Below are positions 7,710-14,095 of a stretch of DNA of 14,095 nt, in pieces. The translations under genes were made by a program, and so were the position numbers. The DNA comes from Gemmatimonadota bacterium. Lineage in GTDB: Bacteria; Gemmatimonadota; Gemmatimonadetes; Longimicrobiales; Gaopeijiaceae. The stretch spans positions 1 to 14,095 of the forward strand of contig JBDHHQ010000102.1 in the NCBI GenBank assembly GCA_039589315.1, given 5' to 3'. Within the stretch, counting starts at the first letter, position 1. The number at the start of each line of letters is the position of its first letter. The notes below the pieces were generated by a model that worked only from the letters and a program-made list of their open reading frames with translations, did not search any database and was not told the DNA's origin.

Positions 7710-8278
7710 TGGAGCCCACACGAGAGCAGCGGCGCGCCGAGGAGATCGGGGAGCAGCTTCGCCTGAAGATCGCGGGGAAGTTCCAGGCGACCACGTTCCT
7801 CGCCAGCGCGGCGCTGGCGGTTCTGGCCATCGAGATCTCGCTCCTGTGGAGCGACTCCACCGTGTCCCGCTTTCTCCCCTTCGCCATCGGTGTGCTGACC
7901 GGGGCCCTCATCATCTTCGTCGGGGCGCTCCTCAAACTGGATGCCCTGATCATGCCCAAGCGCTTCTGGCCGGAGGCTGACTCCAGTCCGGATGCGGCGG
8001 GTGCACACGCGGCGTTTCTGACGGACGAGAACCTGTGGGCGATCCAGAAGCGGATGATCCTGTACTGGACCTGGGGGACGGTGGTGGCGCTTCTGCTGAC
8101 CGTCGCGTCGCTGGTCGCGCTGCTATGGCCCCTGGAGGCGGTGGAGCCCGGGGATACCTTGCGGGTGCAGACGCTCGTCAACGCCGGCGTGTTCGCGTTG
8201 CTCGCCCTGGCGCTTCTCGGCGTCGTCAATGGCGGGGCGGGTCGGATCGAGCCGCCTTTGACGCGACCGAGGGACTGA
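7709..8278 (+). CDS. Hypothetical 4-TM membrane protein
   Basis: ATG7709 overlaps the upstream stop (TGATG). Four hydrophobic segments; LDALIMPKRFW motif in the central loop. Confidence 0.8.
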   Translation: MEPTREQRRAEEIGEQLRLKIAGKFQATTFLASAALAVLAIEISLLWSDSTVSRFLPFAIGVLTGALIIFVGALLKLDALIMPKRFWPEADSSPDAAGAHAAFLTDENLWAIQKRMILYWTWGTVVALLLTVASLVALLWPLEAVEPGDTLRVQTLVNAGVFALLALALLGVVNGGAGRIEPPLTRPRD

Positions 8279-8395
8279 CGGGCTCGGCGCCGCCGACCCG
8301 ACAAGCCGTCCCGTCCGCCGGCCCGATAGAGCCCCGGGGAGCCGGCAGCGGAAGGCCCCTGCGAATCGCGCTCACGGAAGCGAGGGAGCGTCGAC

Positions 8396-8773
8396 ATGAA
8401 CACCTACCTGGCTGCGGCCGGCCTACTGAGCTTCCTGGGTGCAGTGCTGCACTCCGCGCTGGGGGAGCGCTTGATCTTCCGGTCGCTCTCCCTGGACAGC
8501 CTGCCCGCGGTGGCGGGGTCGGCGCTCTTCACGAAGCGCGTTCTCCGGTTCTTCTGGCACATGGTCAGCGTCGCGTGGGCGGGGTTCGCGGTCCTGCTCT
8601 GGCACCTGGCGGAGCACTCGACCCTCGATACGACCGGGCAGTGGACGGCCGCAGTGATCGGATGGACGTTCTTCGCCAGCTCCATCGTGGCGCTCGTGGG
8701 GTCACGAGGACGACACTTCGCCTGGGCGATCCTATTGGTGATCGCCGCGTGCGTATGGCTGGGGCTGAGATAG
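8396..8773 (+). CDS. Hypothetical 4-TM membrane protein
   Basis: GAGGGAG RBS before ATG8396; 125 aa with four hydrophobic helices and intramembrane His (LHSALGERLIF, WHMVS, RHFAW). Confidence 0.85.
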   Translation: MNTYLAAAGLLSFLGAVLHSALGERLIFRSLSLDSLPAVAGSALFTKRVLRFFWHMVSVAWAGFAVLLWHLAEHSTLDTTGQWTAAVIGWTFFASSIVALVGSRGRHFAWAILLVIAACVWLGLR

Positions 8774-8805
8774 CCGGGGCCAGGCCATCTGAGAGGCAGG
8801 CTGCC

Positions 8806-9825
8806 ATGTCCGACGTCGCAGAGTCCCTCTCGCGGGCGCTCACCGGACCGAACACGATCGCGCTTCCGCTGCCCTTGGAGCTGCCACACCGCATCGTCGT
8901 CCTCTCGGACCAGCACAAAGGGGCGGCCGACGGCGCCGACGAGTTCAACCGATGTAAGCCCGCTTATCTGGCCGCGCTCCGGCACTACATCGACCAGGGC
9001 TTCACGGCGGTCTTCCTGGGCGACGTCGAGGAGCTGTGGGAGCAGGGCTTCGACGACGTCGTGCGGGCCCATCGGGACGTCCTCGAGCTCGAAGGCGCGT
9101 TTCCGCCGTCCCGTTACTACCGGCTCTGGGGCAACCACGACGACCGATGGATGCGGCACAACAAGGTCCGGAAGGAGCTGGGCCGGTTCCTGCCGACCGC
9201 AGCCGTGTACGAGGCGATCCGGTTCGCCGTCACGAAGGACGGACAGCCGCTGGGGACGCTCTTCATGCTCCACGGCCATCAGGGTTCCGGCCTGTCGGAC
9301 CAGTGGAGCTGGTTCTCGCGCGTCTGGCTGCCGTTCTACCGGATTCTCCAGCGGACCTTCGGCATCGGCAAGACCACGCCAGCCAAAGACGCCTGTCTTC
9401 GAGGTAAGCACGACAAGGAGATGTACCGGTGGGCGGCGTCACAGGAGAAGGTGATCCTGGTGGCGGGACACACGCACCGCCCGGTGTGGAGCTCCCGCAC
9501 CCATCTTCAGAAGCTCGAGATGGAGCTGGCCCGCCTGCGGGAGCGGGCCGACTCGGAGGAGCTGGCGGACGAGATCGCGGCGTTGGAGCGGCAGGTCGAG
9601 GAGCGGCGGGCCAAGAGCCCGCCGTGCGAAGACGAGCTCGGCACCGCGTCCGTCTACTTCAACACCGGCTGCTGCAAGTTCGAGGATGGCGACATCACCG
9701 GGGTCGAGTTGCTCGACGGAGAGCTCCGGCTCGTCAAATGGTGGAGCGAGCCGGGACCGGCTGGGCCCATCGTCCTGGAGCGGGGCAGGTTGGAGGACTT
9801 CTTCGCACGGCTCCCGGGCGCTTAG
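8806..9825 (+). CDS. Calcineurin-like metallophosphoesterase
   Basis: All five metal-site motifs are present: SDQH, LGDVEELW, GNHD, HGHQ and GHTH, plus YFNTGCC. The start is ATG8806 after GAGAGG; the 8035 start in the ORF track overlaps two real genes. Confidence 0.9.
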   Translation: MSDVAESLSRALTGPNTIALPLPLELPHRIVVLSDQHKGAADGADEFNRCKPAYLAALRHYIDQGFTAVFLGDVEELWEQGFDDVVRAHRDVLELEGAFPPSRYYRLWGNHDDRWMRHNKVRKELGRFLPTAAVYEAIRFAVTKDGQPLGTLFMLHGHQGSGLSDQWSWFSRVWLPFYRILQRTFGIGKTTPAKDACLRGKHDKEMYRWAASQEKVILVAGHTHRPVWSSRTHLQKLEMELARLRERADSEELADEIAALERQVEERRAKSPPCEDELGTASVYFNTGCCKFEDGDITGVELLDGELRLVKWWSEPGPAGPIVLERGRLEDFFARLPGA

Positions 9826-9838
9826 CGCGTATGCCCCG

Positions 9839-9858
9839 GTCCGCCTCAGCGGGCGGAC
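9839..9858. terminator. GC hairpin between convergent genes
   Basis: GTCCGCC-tcagcg-GGCGGAC lies in the 73-nt gap between the two stops; no clear U-tract. Confidence 0.4.
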
Positions 9859-9898
9859 GCGAGCGACGCGATCGGGTGTGGACCCGCTTCGCGGCTTC

Positions 9899-11800
9899 TC
9901 ACCCTACCCTGAACCGCCCCGCGATCTCGCCTGGAACGAAGAAGTGATTGACTGAGATGGCGGGATTGTGGCCGTCCGCCCTGGGATAGGGGAAGATGGT
10001 GCGTGTGCGTGTGGAGTACGCGTCGGCCCGAACGTAGCCGGCCCGGACCGCCGTCTCGCTCCAGGGGGCTCGCAGCGGGTGGCCAAGGCGGATCGGGGGT
10101 CCTGGCTCTGCGGGCCGTAGCCCCTGACCCGACTTCTCGTGCACGTACTTGAAGCCGGCGTGGTAGGTGTTCCACGCCGTGGCCCGCAGGTCGTCCACCG
10201 ACAGCGCGTTCTCCTCGGTGAAGATCAGGATGACCCCGGCGTCCCGGTATCCATTGAATACCTCGACCATGCGCTCGTCGGTCTGGTCCCGGACCTCGTG
10301 GAAGCCGTTGCCCACCATCATGACGGCGCCCCAGGGATCCACGCCCTCCTGGCTGAGCGCCTTCAGCAGCACCTCGGGCCTGCCGATGTCCGCGGTCCGC
10401 ACGAAGACCATGTTCGCCGGCAGGCGGCCCTGGCGTTGCTCCTCCACGGCTGCGTCTATGGCTGCGTCCTCCAGGTCCGCACCGAAGTAGCGGATCCCTG
10501 CCTCGCCCGAGCGCTCGAAGCGCTGCCGGGTGGCTTCGCCGCGGCCGATGGCGTGCTCGACGAAGACGGAGTAGGTGAAGCCCGTGTCCTCGCAGAAGCG
10601 GTCCAGGGCGTCGTTGGCCCGGAGAAAGGCGCCCCGGTTCGCGTCCTGGCTGGCGGCGATGTTCTCGCCCCGGCGCACCCAGATGCGGGTGTCACTCTCG
10701 AGGAGCAGGTCGCGAGCCCGCGTCATGTAGGGATGGTAGGTCTCGATGATCCCGAAGGGCCCGGGTCCCCGAGCGAAGCCACGGGCGCCCAGAGGGGTGA
10801 CGCGGAACGCGGTGTTCTGGACGGCAGGCCCTCGGGCGGCGTCGCTCGCGTCCGCCCGTTCCGAGTCGCCGGTCGGCGTCGGCTCGCCGCCGGTCTCCGG
10901 CTCCAGCCATCCGGCGGCTTCCAGGATTCGGAGCCCACCGGCCGCCAGCTCCGGGCGGGCCGCACACAGGTCGGGGGGTGAGACCCGCGTGCCTTCCATG
11001 AGTCCGGGAGAGACGTCGCAGGCCCGGAGGCCCAGGACCAACGGCACCAGCCGGAAGCCCAGCTCGATCTCTGCGGGGAACGGGGTCCAATGCGTCTGTT
11101 CTTCAGCCGACCGGGTGGGAGGGGTGTGGCCGAGGGCCTGCAGCGCGGCCTCGTCCCCGTCCGCCAGCGGCTCTCCACCAAAGAGGCGCCGCCACGCCCG
11201 GGTAGCGCTGGCGGGCACGTCTCCCGGGAGCGGACCCACCGACTCCAGGACAGACCGAACCGTGGGGTGGCCCGCGATCCGATAGCTGTTGTCGTACTGC
11301 TCCACCATCCCCAGAGCCAGAAGGAAGTGGAGGTCGATCTCCAACTCGCGGGCGCTGAGCCGGCGGCCACGGGCCTCGCAGTGCTCGGGGTAGATGGCCT
11401 CGCCTCGGAAGAGTCGTGCGGAGAGCCCCAGGTCGGAGAAGGCTCCGAGAACCAACCGTAACAGCCAGAGGCCCGGCGGTGCCGTCACCGCCGCGGTGTT
11501 CACGATCTGTCGGACGACCCGACACGCCCGGCGAATCCCGTCAGCCTGTTGCGGCTCGAGGTCCGCAGCTTCGAGGCCGCTCTCCAGGGCGGCCACCGCG
11601 CCCAGCACCCGGCCTCCCATGCCGAAGAGCAGTGGCACCCCGTCCCGCAGCTGCTCCCACGCCGACCGCACCAGGTAGGGGTATCCGGCCGACGACATTC
11701 CGGTTGGGGTGGCGAGTACGGCGGCCAGCCGGGCGCCGGTCGGTTCGGACAGGGGGACCGACCGCGTCAGGCACCGGAGGACCGCACCCTCGGACGTCAT
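9899..11800 (-). CDS. AprA-MT1-related class I SAM-dependent methyltransferase with winged-helix-like N-terminal regions (~633 aa)
   Basis: Rossmann motifs VEHAIGRGE (motif I variant), GADLEDAAID, ADIGRPE and GNGFHE. wHTH-like segments (LHFLLALGMVEQYDNSYRI; ILEAAGWL...FRVTPLG). HEKSGQ resembles the AprA-family H-x4-Q metal motif. Start taken at ATG11800. Confidence 0.7.
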   Translation of the reverse strand: MTSEGAVLRCLTRSVPLSEPTGARLAAVLATPTGMSSAGYPYLVRSAWEQLRDGVPLLFGMGGRVLGAVAALESGLEAADLEPQQADGIRRACRVVRQIVNTAAVTAPPGLWLLRLVLGAFSDLGLSARLFRGEAIYPEHCEARGRRLSARELEIDLHFLLALGMVEQYDNSYRIAGHPTVRSVLESVGPLPGDVPASATRAWRRLFGGEPLADGDEAALQALGHTPPTRSAEEQTHWTPFPAEIELGFRLVPLVLGLRACDVSPGLMEGTRVSPPDLCAARPELAAGGLRILEAAGWLEPETGGEPTPTGDSERADASDAARGPAVQNTAFRVTPLGARGFARGPGPFGIIETYHPYMTRARDLLLESDTRIWVRRGENIAASQDANRGAFLRANDALDRFCEDTGFTYSVFVEHAIGRGEATRQRFERSGEAGIRYFGADLEDAAIDAAVEEQRQGRLPANMVFVRTADIGRPEVLLKALSQEGVDPWGAVMMVGNGFHEVRDQTDERMVEVFNGYRDAGVILIFTEENALSVDDLRATAWNTYHAGFKYVHEKSGQGLRPAEPGPPIRLGHPLRAPWSETAVRAGYVRADAYSTRTRTIFPYPRADGHNPAISVNHFFVPGEIAGRFRVG

Positions 11801-12003
11801 GACAGTGGGGCTGCCGTGCGGGCGAGCTGCTGGGGGCAGCCGGGTCCGCGGTCCGTAGGCGGATCGGAGAAACCCGGCGGGCACCGCCTCCGTAGGGAGA
11901 CGTGCCCGGAGCCTTCCGAGACAAGGGCGACGGCAGAACCGGCACGCGATCCCATCGGATCGGCGTCCGAATCAAGACGAACGCTCAACACGGGATCGAT
12001 AGA

Positions 12004-12207
12004 ATGTCAGGCCAAGGATCGACCGGAAATGTCATTGCAGCCATCTGCAGCTTCTTCGTGCCGGGACTCGGGCAGCTGGTGCAGGGTCGACCCTTCACCG
12101 CGCTTGTACACTTCGTGCTCGCCGCTGTCCTGTGGGTGATCATGCTCGGGTGGATCGTCCACCTCTGGTCCATCATCGACGCGGCGCGCTGGCGCCCCAA
12201 GTGGTGA
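12004..12207 (+). CDS. Small conserved membrane protein (TM2-like PGLGQ motif), 67 aa
   Basis: MSGQGSTGNVIAAICSFFVPGLGQLVQGR...LGWIVHLWSIIDAARW; divergent from the methyltransferase. Confidence 0.85.
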   Translation: MSGQGSTGNVIAAICSFFVPGLGQLVQGRPFTALVHFVLAAVLWVIMLGWIVHLWSIIDAARWRPKW

Positions 12208-12231
12208 CCACCGCGTCGCTTTGGCAGTGCG

Positions 12232-12248
12232 GCACCGTGCAACGGTGC
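12232..12248 (+). terminator. Short hairpin downstream of the small membrane gene
   Basis: GCACCGT-gca-ACGGTGC, a perfect 7-bp stem about 25 nt after the stop; no U-tract. Confidence 0.3.
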
Positions 12249-12526
12249 AGGCGCCGCCGAGCACAGACGATCTGGTGGGCAGCACCTCTCGATCAGGCCC
12301 TCGGAGCATCGGCTCCGGGGGCCTTTGTCGTGGCCTCCCCAGCCACTGCACGTTAGGAGGACCGGTGCGCGGGTGCCAGTCGGCCGTGACTCCGACCGGA
12401 TCCCGCCTGCCCCGGCTGCAGGGAAGGCTTCGGTCGAAGGATGCAATCCGCGTTTCGGAGCGGTACGCGACCGTCCGGGAGCATCCGTTCAGGCCGAGCC
12501 AGGGGCGGCGTGACCGTAGTCGCTCC

Positions 12527-12580
12527 TTGCCTCGACGGTCTAATACATGTATTATACATATATACGTACCGCATGTATTC
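12527..12580 (+). promoter_or_regulatory. padR promoter with overlapping palindromic operator(s)
   Basis: TTGCCT (12527-12532), 17 nt, TATTAT (12550-12555). Palindromes: TAATACATGTATTA (12541-12554, perfect), ATGTAT-t-ATACAT (12547-12559) and ATACGT-accgc-ATGTAT (12562-12578). Strong AT island in high-GC DNA. Confidence 0.75.
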
Positions 12581-12598
12581 AGAAGATAGGCTCGCGCC

Positions 12599-12946
12599 AT
12601 GCCTGTGACTCCCTTGAGCGCCACCGACTTCCACGTACTTATGGTCCTCGCCGAGGGCGACCTCTACGGCTATGCCATCATGAAGGCGGTCGAGGAGCAG
12701 TCCGGGGGCGCCGTCTCGCCCGAGATCGGCTCCCTCTACAGGGTGTTGGCCCGACTGATGGCGGACGGGCTGGTGAGGGAGGCGGGGGGGCCTGCGCAGG
12801 AAGAGACCCACCGAGGCCGTCCGAGGAAGTACTACGGCCTGACGGCCCGTGGCCGGGAGGCGGCCCGGGCGGAGGCAGCCCGCCTGCAGGGCGTGGTGGA
12901 GCTGGCCCGGGGACGGGACCTGCTGCCCGAGCGGAGCCCATCGTGA
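12599..12946 (+). CDS. padR: PadR family transcriptional regulator
   Basis: [12 protein letters not shown]...[16 protein letters not shown]...[13 protein letters not shown] wHTH pattern; short PadR subfamily with a single C-terminal helix. Confidence 0.95.
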   Translation: MPVTPLSATDFHVLMVLAEGDLYGYAIMKAVEEQSGGAVSPEIGSLYRVLARLMADGLVREAGGPAQEETHRGRPRKYYGLTARGREAARAEAARLQGVVELARGRDLLPERSPS

Positions 12947-12980
12947 ACAGGAACCAAGCCGACAGGGGAGCGGGACGAGG

Positions 12981-14095
12981 ATGACGAGGCGGCGGTCCGG
13001 CTGGGAGCTCCATGTCTTCCGGGCCATTCTGAAGCTGTTCCCCCGGAGATTTCGGGAGCGCTTCGGACCATCGATGGAGGCCGACTTCATCGACCAGGCG
13101 TCCGAGGCCCGGGAGCGGGGACGACTCACTGGTCCAATGACGTCGGCTCGCGCGTTGGCGAGCCTGGGCTACGCCGGCGTGCGGGAGCGGATGTCGCCCG
13201 CCGCTCGGCGGCTGGCGCCCGACACCCGGACTCTCTCCCTCCGGCCCAGCGGAGGCGCGCACCCCATGGAGTTGCTGGCTCAGGACCTCAAGTTCGCGCT
13301 GCGCAGCTTGGCGCGCAGGCCCGGGTTCACCGCCGTCGCCGTGCTCACGCTGGCGCTTGGGATCGGGGCCAACACGGCCATCTTCTCGGTCATCAACGGC
13401 GTCCTGCTCAAAGCGCTCCCGTACGAGAATCCCGACCGTATCGTGGCGCTCTGGCAGCATGATGCCGACGAGCCCAACCAGGAAGGCGTCCTTTCCCAGC
13501 CCAACATCGAGGCCCTCGCCACCATCCCCTCGCTGGAGACCGCGGTCGGCTACCGCGGGGGCCAGATGACCCTGACGGGCATGGGGGACCCCGAGCTGGT
13601 GTCGGTGGGGCGGGTCACCGAGGGGCTTCTCGAGACGTTCGCCATGGCGCCCGTGCTGGGCCGCGACATCGCCGCCGCGGAGAATCACCCGGACGCCGCC
13701 AGGGTGGTGCTGCTTTCCCACCGCTTCTGGCAGGAGCGGTTCGGCGGAGACCCGGGCGTGCTGGGAGGCACGATGGAGCTCGCAGGCGTGTCCTGGGAGG
13801 TGGTAGGTGTGGCGCCGGCGGGCTTCGACTTCCCGTCCAACGCTCAGATGTGGCGGCCCTACCGGATGAACCGGGAGGGGTGCTGGCGGGGATGCCAGAC
13901 CCTCCACGCCGTGGGTCGCCTCGCCCCAGAGGCCACACTGGACCAGGCCGCCGTCGAGATGGACGCGGTCGCCATCCGCCTGGAGCAGGAGTATCGCGAA
14001 ACCAACTTCGAGCAGCGTTTCCGCGCCCTTCCGCTGGCGGACCAGATCGTGGGAAGGGTACGGGGCGGACTCTGGGTCATCTTCGGCGCCGTGGG
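12981..14095 (+). CDS. ADOP-type duplicated ABC permease (MacB/FtsX-like), partial, runs off the window
   Basis: Absent from the ORF track because it has no stop. Open from ATG12981: [36 protein letters not shown]...[60 protein letters not shown]...[21 protein letters not shown]...[12 protein letters not shown]...VGRLAP. It sits directly downstream of padR, the classic arrangement. Confidence 0.93.
   Translation, partial: MTRRRSGWELHVFRAILKLFPRRFRERFGPSMEADFIDQASEARERGRLTGPMTSARALASLGYAGVRERMSPAARRLAPDTRTLSLRPSGGAHPMELLAQDLKFALRSLARRPGFTAVAVLTLALGIGANTAIFSVINGVLLKALPYENPDRIVALWQHDADEPNQEGVLSQPNIEALATIPSLETAVGYRGGQMTLTGMGDPELVSVGRVTEGLLETFAMAPVLGRDIAAAENHPDAARVVLLSHRFWQERFGGDPGVLGGTMELAGVSWEVVGVAPAGFDFPSNAQMWRPYRMNREGCWRGCQTLHAVGRLAPEATLDQAAVEMDAVAIRLEQEYRETNFEQRFRALPLADQIVGRVRGGLWVIFGAV

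Noticed and set aside
8035..8805. 596-aa fusion ORF including the phosphoesterase
   Set aside because: The upstream part is an off-frame read-through of two membrane genes; the true start is 8806.
1..9825. Integron cassette array (many small co-oriented unrelated genes)
   Set aside because: No repeated attC-like RYYYAAC...GTTRRRY elements were found after the stops, the spacers are dissimilar, some genes have their own promoters or overlap, and there is no integrase.
12208..12526. Small ORFs or ncRNA in the 320-nt gap before padR
   Set aside because: The ORFs lack an RBS and protein-like composition, and no RNA family is recognisable beyond one short hairpin.
1..14095. CRISPR array, tRNA/rRNA, IS elements
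   Set aside because: No regularly spaced repeats, cloverleaf or rRNA signatures, or transposase motifs were seen.

Overview
High-GC (~70%) bacterial window. A Gemmatimonadota/Longimicrobiales-like or Acidobacteria-like origin is inferred from the PadR plus ADOP-type duplicated permease pair and the stand-alone TonB_C protein. Bases 1-9825 hold a run of mostly small, functionally unrelated + strand accessory genes: the tail of an unknown gene, a frameshifted 2-TM gene, a patatin phospholipase, a secreted TonB C-terminal domain protein, a PH-like membrane protein, a lipoprotein, a coiled-coil protein that probably starts at ATT, an SRPBCC protein, an ABM monooxygenase, a secreted protein behind a tandem-palindrome operator, an ICMT/PEMT methyltransferase coupled to a 4-TM protein, another 4-TM protein and a metallophosphoesterase. 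Converging on this run is a ~633-aa minus-strand gene that, by eye, resembles the iron-dependent AprA MT1 methyltransferase, with the His/His/Gln triad apparently kept but no PKS in view. This is the most interesting item. The window ends with a small membrane protein and a padR-permease operon with a clear promoter/operator. No tRNA, rRNA, CRISPR, transposase or integrase was seen. All family calls come from motif recognition, not database searches.
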